A DNA stretch of 64,000 bases from Pseudogymnoascus verrucosus (Eukaryota). Position numbers and translations under genes: made by a program. This document shows positions 37,001 to 50,398 of the stretch, one piece after another (the first letter of the stretch is position 1; the number at the start of each line of letters is the position of its first letter). The stretch lies in NCBI GenBank assembly GCA_001662655.1, contig KV460218.1, one strand, 5' to 3'. Below the pieces are notes generated by a model, which ran no database searches, had not been told where the DNA came from, and worked only from the letters and a program-made list of their open reading frames with translations.

Positions 37001-37298
37001 ACAGAGCCACGTTCGGCAGCGCCAGCGGCTTGAGCGCCAGGATACCCGTCATGCGCAATATCCGCTTTCCATGCAGGATCCTGTGCCTAGATTTGAGATG
37101 GACAGAAGTGTAGAGGCGAATCAGGGGTTCTTAAGTCCCGCGCAATCGAATATGGATGGTGCTACTTGGGCGATGAATCCTTCGATGAGCGGGATATGGG
37201 CGAGCATGATGGATCCCATAGCTCTGGAGGGCTTTGTAGTCGGCGACGAACCGATTGAGGGGATGGTGTATGATAACTCTTGGTTTGGGGCGATGTGA
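34071..37298 (+). CDS. Zn(II)2Cys6 transcription factor with fungal-specific TF domain, many introns (start codon inferred)
   Basis: Spliced zinc cluster ACQMCKIKKTK|CGQTVPCKNCE|SHGWTC; middle region YYGRSSNF, FFTNLYYIHPF, CYMYSGMAVRTALAIGL, LLHRPF. Confidence 0.85.
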
Positions 37299-38284
37299 TG
37301 TGATGCAATAGGCAATTGGAGCAAGGCAGAGAGTACTAGTCGTTCCTTTCCCGTTCGCTGTCGGCCAAGTGACACAAATAAGTAGTCTGATTTATGATCT
37401 ACTGGAAACCTAGCTTTGGAAAATTGAATCAAATTTCCGAGTTCACACGGAGGCATTCCCCTTTGGTACGCACCCACCCTGCCTGATAATATTATCAACG
37501 AGTCCCTAGCAGTTATATATCGTCTCTGACCTTCCTCACCAGCAATCGAAACAACCAGCGTGCTCCCCTCGACTCCCACAACTCCAACTGTTACGAGGCA
37601 CTGCGACTACAATCGTCTGATTTTATTGCTCAAGAACTCACCCATCACGCAGCGGTTTCTCATTTTCAGAGGCGAATCCGTCTTTGCGCAAAGTTCACTA
37701 CTTATAGGTACTTGAGTGGGAACCGGATAGCGGCCCCTCATTGTCATCCTTTGATGAAAGAAGTTCGATAAATGTAGTAGTATCATGCGATACAATAGAA
37801 TCGCAAGCATGGCAACAAGTTTGTTGGTAGCGCCCTATGTGTGTGTAGGTTTAGCAAAGTCATACGAATGCATAACAATAAGTTATTATAGATATAGGCC
37901 GTCTCGGTGCAGCGGTGGCTTTGTGACTATCCAATTGTTGCCGATGACGTTGTGATGCCGGAATGACGGATCACTTTGTTTCGGAAGGTCTGGGTGGAAT
38001 TGCCATTGCTGCGGAGTGGTAGCGAATGCCTTCCGGGCGGGGTTCAGTGTTGGAGTAGCTGCCTTCCGGCCGGAAGGGGCCGGTCCCGGCATCTTGGAAA
38101 TCTTCCCGGCCAATGCATAGGGTTACTCTGTAAACTCTGGTAGAAGATCACAAGACTAACCAGTCTTCATTTGTTAGAAGCACGATTTATCTTCTTTTAT
38201 CTTCTTCTAGTTTCTTCTTTTCTTTTCTTCTTTTCTTCTTTTCCTTTATCCTTATTTTGAAATGAGAATAGTCTCCTCGGCATC

Positions 38285-39417
38285 ATGAGTGTCATGCAAA
38301 ACTTCACCTACAATGCCTCCCCTGTCCGGGTTGTCTTTGGTAGCGGTACTGTCAAGCAGCTCTCTGCGGAAATCTCCCGTCAGAAGCTGACTGCACCTCT
38401 GCTTGTCTCGACTCCAGGACAAGTCAATGAAGCAGAAACCTTGAAGACAAATCTTGATGGCAAGATCGCCGGCATCTTCACTGAGGCGACGATGCACACG
38501 CCGACAAACGTCACCGACAAGGCGGTTGAATTTGCAAAGTCCGTAAAGGCAGACGCTGTTGTGTCGATCGGAGGTGGAAGTACAATCGGACTTGGAAAGG
38601 CTATCAGTATTCGTACTGGTTTGCCTCATATCTGTATACCGACAACGTATGCTGGGTCAGAAATGACTCCGATTTTGGGCGAGACGGCAGATGGACAGAA
38701 GAAGACTAGGAACGATCCTAAAATTCTCCCAGGCACTGTCATCTACGATGTCGACTTCACCATGACTCTGCCGGTAGCACTGAGTGCCACGAGTGGTGTG
38801 AATGCAATTGCGCACTCAGGTAAGCTCCTGTAGTGCCTGTCCATGTATAGTCTTGCTAACAGATTTTAGTGGAAGCGCTTTATGCTCAGAATACCAACCC
38901 CATTATCAACCTTCTTGCCCTTGAGGGCATTAAGGCTCTCGCGGAGTCCCTCCCCATTATCGCAAAGTTGCCCTCGGATGTTGCTGCCCGCACAACAGCC
39001 CAATATGGAGCTTGGCTCTGTGGCATGTGTCTCGGATCAGTTGGAATGGCCCTCCACCATAAAATCTGCCACACCATTGGAGGATCATTTAATATGCCCC
39101 ATGCGGAAACCCACACGATCATGCTGCCTCACGTTCTAGCATATAATTCCCCAATGATCCCCGACGTAATGAAAAAGCTAGCCGACGTGTTCCCCGAGAG
39201 CAACGGCGATGCCGTCCATGGTCTCAACGTTCTCCTAACAAAGCTCGAGGTCAAACGGGGACTGAAAGACTTCGGATTTAAGGAGGAAGATATTGACAAG
39301 GCTGCAGATATTGCGGTTAGCCACCCTTATTACAATCCACGACCAGTTGAGAGACATTCAGTCCGAGAACTTATTCGAAGGGCGTGGGCTGGAGAGGAAG
39401 CTAAAGCAGATCTATAA
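38285..39417 (+). CDS. Maleylacetate reductase (iron-containing alcohol dehydrogenase family); one intron near 38820-38869
   Basis: RVVFGSG, MHTP, IGGGSTIGLGKA, PTTYAGSEMT, LHHKICH, HAETHT. Confidence 0.93.
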
Positions 39418-39599
39418 AACTGAATGACGAGGGAAGCAGACCAAACTTGGCATTTGTACCTGACGTATCACGCTATAGCGGAGATCTAGAGCAGGCGGCA
39501 TGGGCCTATAAGGATATCAACGCAGTTGCAAAAATAACGAAGCCCGACTGCCGTTGTGGTAGCCGCTATCGAAGGGCTTAAGCGCTCTCACGTTGTCTC

Positions 39600-41500
39600 C
39601 TTTACTTACATAATCGCGGAACTACTAAATAATGGCCACCTGCCCCATGCTTAGCTTTGTTCTACAACTTGGCTGCATTATTTGGCCCCCTACTGTCATC
39701 CGCATCCTAAACATAAACTGTGCATCCGGTGGTCCCCCTATAAATTATCACCTACCCTTAGGTCAAATTCCTACTCTTAACGCAGATCCTAACTAAGTAA
39801 TTAAGCCTAAGTTATGTTAGTTAGAGATCGCCAAAACTTTGCCAGTCCGCAGCACGCCAGTGGCTGGTCCCCGATGCTGCTATGTGCATGGTGTTTTGCG
39901 AAAATAGCCCGTCAAAGTCGGAATCGGTGCTGTCTGTAGATCAATCTTCTGCAATGATTCGGCTTTGCCTATCCTCTAATGTTGGTGTTGACGGGGCCAT
40001 GTTAATTGAGTAACAGATCTAAACGATGGGTGAAGGAGCAATTTCTAGACTGATACAGAAGTTGGAGGGATATTGCTCTTTATAAGTAGGAGACCGCCTT
40101 CTTATATGCTCCTCCATACATCATAACTTGCGTTTCCAGTTACATAATCTACGCCAGCCGTCTTGTGGCAGTGCTCCGACCTAGCCATATCTACAGGGCC
40201 GATGATATGCGGAGCTATCTTAGCCTTGTCATCTAGTAAGAGTACTTAATTATTATCTTAAGAAATCTAGCTTTACCATTTTTAATGAGATACGAGCGGT
40301 TCAAGGGTGTGGAGTCTCTACCTCATACACTTCGACAGCGCTAAGATCGAGAATAACGGCAGTACAAACTCCTTTCCAACTAAACATAAAAGGGGCTAGG
40401 AAGCATCTAATGACAGCTAAAGTAATTTCAAGCCGCTAGTCTTGGGAGGGCTTTTCCAGCTACGCCACCACCCGCTCGTTGTTATAAGAACATCGCTTCT
40501 ACTCTTCAGCCTACCTCACTTCTAACTTCCCTTAATAACAACATCCTATTTCTAGGACCTTCTTGACAATGTTAGCTACTAATTCTTACTTAGTAAAACA
40601 TAGCGACAGTGCACGTTTTCAGGTGAAGAAGGATTGAAATATGATTGACCCTAGAGGTAAGTGATACCACATTACGGCGTCGTGTCTTGCTAATAGAGGA
40701 ACAGACTGTCTAGTAATAGTCTACGGCGCTATCCCCTCGAAGCCTACTAATTAACTCCCTCATAAGAAGCCACGGAAGGGAAAGAGGAGTTAGAAAATCG
40801 CTCAATACTACTCTTAGGGCAGTGCTTCCCGATCCGTCCTAGAAGACGAGGATTCGATCGTAGTAGTCCTTAGTATAATGCACTTAGAGATAAGAACTGG
40901 CTCCACAGACTCATGGATGCAAATGTCACGCAGCTACTAGAGCAGTCCCGACACTCTTTCTCCATTTCTACCGTAGATGTTAAAGAAGCCACCGTGAGTA
41001 ATAAATAAGCGTAGGGAAAGGATAAGCGTGCTAGTAAGATTACCCTAATAATATATATTTCTATCTAAACTCTAGGAGATGTTCTACTTAGAATACGCCT
41101 TACTTAACCCTCTTAGAGTAGCTATATACATGTCGGCGATTCTGCATTGGGAAATTAGGGGGTCTGTGATAGGGAAAGCGCCGCTATAGCGCCCTCGCTG
41201 TTCGAACGAATAGTACCCGCCCATGCTAAGGTGACGTCGAATATAAATCTAATGCTGTTTCCACCTCAACTTACCCTAACTGCTCTCGAACAACTGCCCC
41301 CAGTTCTCGCTCATCGAGCAGAGGCCTCGCAGCCTACAACCTTATCTTGCTCGTTCTTCGTAGGCCTAGCCTCTAAGACCCGCATTTCCTACGAGTGCAT
41401 CCATCTGGTTGACCCATGTGTTTCACAATGTAGTGGCAGCTTTGATAGCTCATTATTCGAGCTAAGCCCTGCATTAGGCGAGAGAACCCCAGTTACCTGC
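39600..41500. pseudogene. Degenerate TpA/TAG-rich relic DNA (RIP-like decayed gene or transposon)
   Basis: No ORF of 60 aa or more for about 1.8 kb, visibly abundant TA/TAG/CTA, and a residual GTAAGT...CTAAT intron-like signal near 40657. Confidence 0.45.
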
Positions 41501-41517
41501 TACCTTATAATAAGAAC

Positions 41518-43219
41518 TTAGTTAATATATCTAACCCTCTCGGATATATCTTCTTCTTGATTAACTGTTTCCTTCTCACCACCTTCCGAACTGGTGTCAA
41601 TTTTCGTTGGCTCGGTCTCTGGTCGGCCAAGAGACTTATCTGTAACGACTCTATTGTCATCCCAGTCCGAGCCTTGCCATTGCGCAGCAACCGGCCCTTT
41701 GAAATTCTTGCGTGCATGGACGAGATACCAGGCTCCGCTGATAGCGGCGAACCCGGCAAACACGACGCTAGCGTAGTTCATGGATGATGCGGTAACGGGG
41801 ATGGAGACGGGCATGCTGAAGATGATCACTGAGAAGAAGATCCATGCCACGCTAATGCCGTTCACAATGTAACCCGCGCGTTTGAGAGGGAAGAGCGAGT
41901 GTTTGACAGCTTCCCGGCCACGAAGAAGGTTGACAAGGATAGGGGTGCAGTAGGAGGCGTTCAGGCAGATGGTGGCCACTCCAGTAAACGAGTTGAATGC
42001 TGCAGAGGAGCCAAAATACAGACAACCAAGGGCGCAGTCAACAAACGCGGAAAGAAGCAAGGCTGATAGCGGGACGTTGAGTGTCTTGTTGACCTTTTTC
42101 CACAGCTTGTATCCAGGAATTGCGCCGTCTCTAGCAAAAGCGTATGTGCATCGAGAGGAAGCAGTCAAGGCGCCAACTCCGGCAAAGAAGAGGATCCCCA
42201 GAATCAGCAGTAGCAAGCAGAAGCCAGCAGTCTTTGAACCTGTGGCCCTTGTTAAAATAAGACCGATAGGCTGCCCATTGGCCACATCGAGGAGCAGTTT
42301 CACGTCTGGTAGTACGAAGAGGATGGGAATCAGATATACAACGCCAGTAAGGCCGGCTGCAGCAACTGAGAGGATGATGGCTTTCGGAACTTCGCGCTCT
42401 GGGTTCTGGACTTCTTCACACATGGAGGCAACCATGCCATATCCTGTTAGGACGTAGGCGCCTGCAGTTCGTTAGCGTCACTATCCATAATGGCAGTTGT
42501 ACGATATAAGAGGAGCATCCCGTACCTTGCAAAAGCCCAACAAAAAAGGACCAGCCCGCTGGCCAGCCACTAGCAGATGGATCGTAGTGGGTAAAGACCG
42601 TTTTCGCGGACCTCTTATGATCACACATGGAAAGCAGTGTAACCAATAAAATGAGGATGCTAATGCCCGTCCAGTAGATGCATACTTTGTTGATCTGGTC
42701 AAGATAGCGCGACCCAAAGGCATTGACAAGCGTGCAGATAAGCATGACAGCCCAGAAGCAAAGCACTGTCTGCCACTGATTAGGCGTAAACTCCTCATCC
42801 CAAATTGATATCGCGCTCAATATCAATTGCGCACCAGAGAAGTTGATAGAGAGTGTAACAGTCCAGTTGCCAACAAGGGTGAGCCAGCCAGCAATGAAGC
42901 TCACAACAGGTGCCCAGTGAGGAGTGCTGAGCATGGCAGACCAATAGTAGGTACCGCCCGCAGTTGGGTAGACGGCACATATCTCAGCAAGCGACGCAGC
43001 AATGCAGAGGGAAATAAGGGAGACGACGACCCAGCCCCAGAGAACGGCAACAAACTGGCCATTAGTCAAGGTGATGTACATTGTAGTAGACAGACCAAAG
43101 GGAACAGCCATGATGGCAAAGGACAGGCCGAGAATGCTCAACATGCTGAGGCTGCGAGGGAGCTCGGACTTGTAGCCCATCTGGCTGAGAGAGTTTTTGC
43201 CATCGCGCGTCGTCTCCAT
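41518..43219 (-). CDS. Amino acid/amine permease of the APC superfamily (Uga4/Hnm1/Tpo5-like); one intron near 42462-42524
   Basis: MGYKSELPRSLS, SLAEICAVYPTAGGTYYW, YGMVASMCEEVQNPEREVPKA, SRCTYAFARDGAIP, MNYASVV. Confidence 0.92.
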
Positions 43220-44775
43220 GGTGTTGTCGTGTGCCGTTGCGTCGATGGGTTTGGAGCTGATTCAAGAACTATGTTGGGGTAGTTTAGGAGGTGGTAGCAA
43301 GTTGTTGATGGATGAGAGACCGAGAAACGAATAGTCACGGCCTTGCATCTCGTAAGCCAACAAGGAGGGAATGGGAATGGAAATGGAAATAGAAATGGAA
43401 CTGGAAATGGGAACGGATTGGGAACGGATACTTATACTTATAGTGGAGTAATTGCATGTATCTACGTCAGTTGCTGGCGATAGGAGTATGTGTATCGGCC
43501 CGTGCTCGATCCACGATGCTGCTTTATCTTATCTAATACTTTGTACTACACATTTGCTCCAATTACAGCGTCGCTTTTAGCTATCAAGTAATCTCCCATG
43601 TAACTATATACCATTCTAGCTAACGGGGGGTATAGTTAGTATTAGGAGCGTTAATTAAGTTAAGGTGTTGCTTATATACTTCAACTTTTAAATGCGCCTA
43701 TAAGCTTTCAATTGGATTTAAATCAAGACTATAAGGTAGCCAATTAATAACATCAATTCTATGCTCATGTAGCCATGCGTTTATAATTCGACATAATGGA
43801 TCTCCTTGTAATCGTCGGAACCAACTGTTCGCTCCGCTCAAGTATTCGAGCTCGTGTTTCAACACTTAATTCAAGACCCCTAGGCATTGTTGAAGGTGTT
43901 CACAAAACAAACGATACGGCCGCGACAACTAAAGCAGCATTCATTTACTTCGTCTGAGCACAGGCCCGTACACATACTTTTGTCGCCCGTACTGTATCTT
44001 GGTGTACGCCGTACGAGGTAAGGGGTATAGGGGTGTAGAGTATGGGGTACGGGATGCGGGGTCCGGGGTGCGGGGTAAGAAGTACAAAGTACAAAGTACT
44101 CGTTACAAAGTAATAGGTGGTGTTATGTAGCACCGTCGAAACCCCCCAGAGTCCCAACGCACCGGTTGCCAATCAATCCACTACTACGAAACCAGCAGGT
44201 GCCACTGTTTGGGATTATAATATGACAGGGATTGCGGTGCGCGCTCGCTGCTATTCTGCATATGGTCTGGTGTCGAGCGCGGCAAGAGTTGCAATTGGCT
44301 CAAGCCAGCCACTAATGGGGCCCCTTAGCCCCTCGTAAAACGGGAACGAGCGTGGTATCGAGGGCGTGGGTGTCCACCTTTGATAGAGAAGCCTCCATAC
44401 TGTAGATCTCATAAATCAGTAACCCCGCTTGCCCATGCTGTATCGCAAGCGCTTGGGATTATGTAAGATTCTCTGACCATCGGACAGACGCTATCGCCAT
44501 CCATGCCCTTGAGTCAGTCAACTCCACACCATCACTCTCCAACAAGCCTACCTCCCCCGCATTCGAATCCACCACACGCTTGGATCTCTTGTTCTTCGGC
44601 CCCCGTCTCCTTCGGCGGTTGCCGATGGCCCAACTGCATTTTTGTCTCTTTGTCTGACTTTAGATGCCGTGGTTTGTCGCAAGGATTATGACCTAGACTC
44701 ACCGGACGATACTCTAGTTCCAGCATACCTTGTGAAAGAGGTCTGCGAGCATTCGACTCTACCCATCAGCACAAC

Positions 44776-46751
44776 ATGGCCCTCATCCGCCGAAGCAGAA
44801 CCGGCTGTTTCACCTGCCGCAGCCGTAAAAAGAAATGCAATGAGGCGAGGCCCATCTGCAGCGGCTGTCGGCGCAATGATCTTGAATGTCGCTGGCCTGC
44901 ACCACTGTCTTCTGCGAAGCGTCCCAAGGAGGGCCACATTAAACCGACTACCGCCGCCTTCCAGCCTGGGCCTTCCAAGACGCTTACCGCCTCTGCGTCT
45001 GGAGCTGTCATTCTTCGCCCACGGCCGGCGAGCTTTAGCCACTTCGTGCCCTCCCCTAAAGAGAACGGGATAGCAGCAGTAGCAACAGGAGAGGCAGCTC
45101 CAGCTACCCCTTATACACAGCGTGGTTATTCATTCTCGGCTCTGCGCCCGACAGATCACTTCTTTGATATTGCCGATCCTATGCCGATATTGGATACCAT
45201 AATAGTCGAAGCAAATGGCGCCGAAAGCTACTCGCGCTTTTCGACCGCCACGGATACCCAAGAGGTTGCCCCATCATCCCCAGCGCCCTCGAAATATTAT
45301 TCAGAGCTGTCTCCATCCTCGACGTCCCAGGGTTCGTCATCCTCGCCATCCTCGTCATCCTCACCACCACCAACCGTCGTCATTCCACCCAACGGTGTCG
45401 TCGGAAGCGGAGTCAGCGCCATCACAAATCTCGACGACAGTCCTTTTGATCCCAGCCCCGATCATACACACTCGCTACAGGACTTGCAACTCTGTTTGAC
45501 TAAACCCTTGTCTTTATTTCCGAATCATGGCGAACATTCCCCAGACCTCCTCGGCTTCTATCTCGACCGTACTGCTAACTGCATGGGTAACGGCTCGACC
45601 GACTCCAACCCCTTCATCACCAAACTCATCCCTCTCGCCTTTTCACACTCACTGCTTCTGCAGCTGATAATGGCCCAGAGCGCCGTCCACAGACAAATGT
45701 CCAAGGACCGACACCCTAGTGACGAGGTGGCTATAAGGTCCTACAGTGACTCGCTTCGCTATTTCAGAACCGTAGTTGACGGATATGTCTCCGGGAGGGA
45801 GGAAAATGCACTTGTCCTTACTGTCGGCAGCCTCATTCTTTCGCTCACAGAGGTACGTTGTCTGAATCCATCCACATGCCCCAATTTACGTCTTTGACAA
45901 TCACTACCCAGGTGGCCAGAGGAGACAGTCATGGAAGCACGTTCGACCATATTAGCGCCGCAAAATCTCTACTTCCTAGGCTTCTTACTTCGCCTAGACG
46001 GGATCTGAGCGACGATCTTAGGGGATTCCTCGTTGAATACTATACGCATATGTCGTCACTGAGTATGATCTCCATGGGCGCCCACCACACCGCACAGCCC
46101 CTTCCCGACCCCGACATGGAGCGCCTGGCTACTGGTCTTATTGAAAAACACTACATCGGCCAGCTCTGCGGTTGCTGGTTGGAGTTGCTTGTGTTGATCC
46201 CCAAGATATTTATCCTTGGGCAGAAGAAGATGGCATCCAAGTCGGATGGCCAGCCTTACTGTCTTTCACCAGATGACATCACCAACTATGGCTTTCTCCA
46301 GTCACAGATACTCGCCTTTTCCCCGCATCCATCTGCAAACCTAGATACGACACTTGCAGGCTTAGTATTTAAACAGGCCGTCCTCTTGTATCTATGGACC
46401 ATCTTAGCCAGCCCTCACCATAAAAGTGACAACAACGCCATGCTGTATAACCTTATTCAGAGCGCTGTCGCGGAAGCCTTGTGTCTCCTTGGTCAAATCC
46501 GAGATTCAAGCCGTATCAATACCAGTCTCTGCTGGCCGCTCGTAGTCATTGGTTGCTGCCTTTCGGACCCGGATGCACAACAGGTTTTACGATGTCGCCT
46601 ACAAATAATGCTCGACACTATTGCTCTTGGCAATATGCGAGAAACACTTTCAGTACTAGAGCATGTTTGGGCACAGCCACTAGAGGACAGGAACCCTTGG
46701 GCACTTTGCAAAACGATGCAGGAGCATCAGATTTTGATATCATTCGCGTAA
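44776..46751 (+). CDS. Zn(II)2Cys6 transcription factor with Fungal_trans_2-type C-terminal domain; intron 45853-45911
   Basis: RSRTGCFTCRSRKKKCNEARPICSGCRRNDLEC; DSNPF, LCWPLVVIG and GNM motifs. Confidence 0.9.
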
Positions 46752-46839
46752 CATACTAGAACAGCTACCCTCCCAAACCACTGGCAAAGAAACAAAACGC
46801 CATGTGCTAGCTTAACTCTGAAGACCTTCTAGTCAAACC

Positions 46840-47903
46840 CTAAGCACTACCTAAGTTCTTGGGCCCCTGCGTTGCTGGTCCTTCCGGGGTTACGTATGCC
46901 TTTGTCAAGCCTCCGTCTACCACAAAGTCGGTAGCATTGACGAAGCTGCTCTCGTCGCTGGCTAGGAAGACTACGGCATAGGCCTGCTCAATCGCCTCGC
47001 CAAATCGACCACTCGGGAAATGAACTTCCCGTCGAAGCCTCTTGGCTTGATCGTCTCCAAGCCAATCCTGCAACAGAGGTGTGCTGCCGTAATGTCAGCT
47101 CGATGCGTCAGATGAAAGAGGTAAAAGGCAGCGGTGCTTACTTGAGGGGTGCAGGACAGAGCGAGTTGAAGCGATACCCTGCGAACGAGTTATCAGATTA
47201 GAAAGGACAGGAGAGGAGCGAGCGGATTGTGATACTTACCCTCCCTAGCATGCACAATGGCCAGCTCGCGTGTCAAGGCTAAAACAGCTCCCTTGCTAGC
47301 TGTATACGCAAGTTGAGGTGTCGCCGCTCCCACGAGAGCCACCATGCTAGCCGTGTTGATAATGCTGCCCTTTTTCTTGCCGTGTTTCCGCAGCGAGCGG
47401 ACAGCATGTTTGGACCCGTACCAGACACCCTTGACGTTGATGTTCTGGGTCAAGTCCCATATAGCATCGGAGCACTCGTCGGCATCTCCATCCTTGGGGT
47501 GCATGATGCCGGCATTGTTGAATATGACGTCCAGTCCGCCCCAGGAGTCAAGGTGCGCTACGGCAGCTTCGACTTCACTCTCCTTGGACACGTCGACCAC
47601 TCGGGCTTCAAGCTTACCGGAGCGGTCGGGGACGATCTCCTTGACTTTCAGCAGGGCCCTTTCCAGTGCCGGTTGGGCGACGTCGGTTAAGAGGACGGAA
47701 GCTCCCTCTTTGCTCATCTGGATGGCTGTCTCGAGTCCAATGCCACTGGAACAAGACCGTTAGAAGACCATGCGACTAGTTAATTTTTTTGTTGACGTGG
47801 ACTGTTGAAATGGGACATACCCGGCGGCGCCGGTTACAATGGCGTTTTTCCCAGCAAGCCTACCAGCCGTGGTTGCGATATCTCTGTCAAGTGTAACTGT
47901 CAT
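46840..47903 (-). CDS. Short-chain dehydrogenase/reductase, multi-exon
   Basis: GRLAGKNAIVTGAAG|GIG, FNNAG, NTAS, YTASKGA (YxxxK), FLASDESSFVNA...DGG. Confidence 0.92.
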
Positions 47904-48156
47904 GTTTGATAAGGTACAGGATCACTAGAAAGTGAGGGAGAATGATAGAGAAGAAATATGCAGAGTAGTAGTAGGACTGATGCAGTTATTGCAAGGGAAC
48001 AAGTCCATCCACGTCCTGGCTTTATATGTAGTGAGCGCGGCATCAGGGCGCGCTTTTGACAAAACAACGTCCCATTCCTCCACGCTGTCTTGCCCACGAC
48101 TCTATTGAATCACTGTAACTGTAGGACGATGAGGTAATCTAGACGCCTATGCACTT

Positions 48157-48663
48157 ACACACTGCGGCTTAGAAAGGTTGCCGCGATAGCGTCGTGTAGC
48201 GCGGTTTCAGTTCGATTCCAGTTGGGGCGTGGCAACTCGCCCGCGGTGCGCGATGGGCATCAAATATGCGCCACATGGACTTGTAGCGGACCTCCTCACT
48301 TCTGAGGTTTCTAGTTGATCGACATCGTGGTTATCTGCGCTTTGGGTGTTATTAGTTTGGATGTTGCCTAAGTACTTAGGGCTCCAGGAGATGTAGACCG
48401 CGGTGCTACAACTCCATGTAGCGCGCACAGCTGAGGTCCGTTGCGCAAAGCGATCCACATACTATGCTCCAACTACAGTGAAATTAGAACCACACACTGC
48501 GGCTGGAACGGTTGCCGCGTTGCTGTGATGGCGTCGTGTAGCGCGGTTCCAATTCAACTCTAGTTAGATCATGGCAACTCCCCGCGGTGCGCGATGGACT
48601 TAGGCGTGAGCGCCACAAGTAGTTGATGCGGGGCTCCTCACATTCTGGGTTTTCTAGTCGACG
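48157..48663. repeat. Diverged direct repeat, 2 x ~170 bp, offset 335 bp, between the ALDH stop and the SDR start
   Basis: ACACACTGCGGCT...GGTTGCCGCG...GCGTCGTGTAGCGCGGTT...TGGCAACTC...CCGCGGTGCGCGATGG...CTCCTCAC begins at 48157 and again at 48492. Confidence 0.85.
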
Positions 48664-48801
48664 CCACTGTCGTAGCAGCTTACACGCTATCTTGTTTCCA
48701 AGAAGTCACGGTCAACGCGTCCAGCCGCTGCATGGAGAGTCTTTACAGATCAAAGTACCAAGTATGAAGCCAATATACATTTTGTTCCTACAATATTCTA
48801 T

Positions 48802-50398
48802 CTAGCATTGGATGTTTCTGATGTGATGACTCTTCATATTGACAAAGGCATCAAATGCGCGCGGTCCTAGCGTGCTGCCGAGACCCGAGTCCTTCCAACC
48901 AATCCAAGTAAGGTCCTAGTAGCACTCGTGTCAGTATTTAGAAGAAGCATGTTAAGCGATCGATACACTGGTACGACACAGAGCGGGCTGGCTGCTTACC
49001 GGGTTAGGACAGTCGGCACGGTTAACGAAAACTGTTCCAGCTTCCACTTCATTCCCAAGCTCCCTTCCGCGTGCAACGTCTTGAGTCCAGACGCTCGCCG
49101 TAAGTCCGTAGTTACTGTCGTTCATGAGGTCTACAGCCTCTTCATCACTCTGGACCTTCATCACTGGGATAATTGGACCGAATGTCTCCTTCTTCATGAC
49201 TTCCATGTCGTGAGTGACGTTGACCAGGATTTTGGGTGCGACGTAGCTGCCCGTCTGAGGCAGGGACATGAATGAGGTGTTGGTTGGAGTAGCATCGACA
49301 GCTCCTTTTAGGAGAGCATCCTCAACTTGGGCCAGGATGGCCTTGACGGCTGCGTGAGAAATGACGGGACCCACGGTCGTGGACTTGTCTGCGGGGTCAC
49401 CAAGTATGTAGCTGTGTTACTTCAGTCAGCATGAGGTAGGTATATTGCACAGTAGGAAGATAAACATACCCCTTAAGTTCACGTTGGAGCTCTCGCACAA
49501 ACTCGTCGTGGACATCAGCATGCACATACACCCTCTCCACAGCGCAGCAGCTCTGTCCAGAGTTAAACACCGCGGCGTCCACGATATTTGATGCTGTCCA
49601 CTTCAAGTCGGAGTCGGCGCGCACATAGGCGGGATCGTTTCCGCCGAGTTCAAGGTTCAGGGGGACGATACGATTTGCCGTTGCTTGCCGGAGCTCCAGT
49701 CCACCGACCGTAGAGCCCGTGAAGGAAATCTGCTTGATTTCCGGTAGTCGAACAACCTGTTTCAGCGTCTCAAGGCTACCAGAGTGAAGAACTTGGAGAA
49801 CGTCAGGTGGGAGACCAGCTGTATTGAAGGCCTCTTGGAAGGCGTCTGCCACGAGCGGTGTTTGTGGAGAGGGCTTTAGAATCACTGAGTTGCCAGCCAG
49901 CAGGGCAGGGATTAGTGTGTTTACTGTGATGATCCAGGGATACTGCGAGATGATGTTGGTGAATTCTATGCTTAGACTTTGGTCTGGGGTACTTACATTC
50001 CACGCCGAAACGATTAGGACAGGTCCAACGGCCTCTTTACTAATCCACCTCTGGAATCCATCTTCTTGACGGCCAGGCAAGTCCTCTAGCGCTTCAGATG
50101 CGATATCGAGAAGATACTCAGCACGCTTGCGCATTGTGTCAATTTCGACGTTGGCAAAAGTGATCGGTCTGCCCATCTGTTGGGATAGCTCTTGGGAGAG
50201 CCTTTCTTGCTGGGTGGCAACATAGTCCAACGCCTTGACGACTATGGATTTGCGCTGATCAAGGGAAGTTTTCTGGTAAGTCTTGAAAGCCGCCCGGGCA
50301 CGGCCGGCCACTAACCGGGCTTGCTCAACGGTGGTGCCATCGTGTTCGAAGATGAGGTGGCCGGTCGAGGGCGATACAGTCCGGATCTTGTCTGACAT
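48802..50398 (-). CDS. NAD(P)-dependent aldehyde dehydrogenase, multi-exon
   Basis: AWN|YP, KPSPQTP, FTGS, LELGGNDP, NSGQSCCA (catalytic Cys), ETFGP. Confidence 0.93.

Noticed and set aside
43365..43430. GGAAAT-type hexamer run upstream of the permease
   Set aside because: Simple microsatellite with no further support for function.
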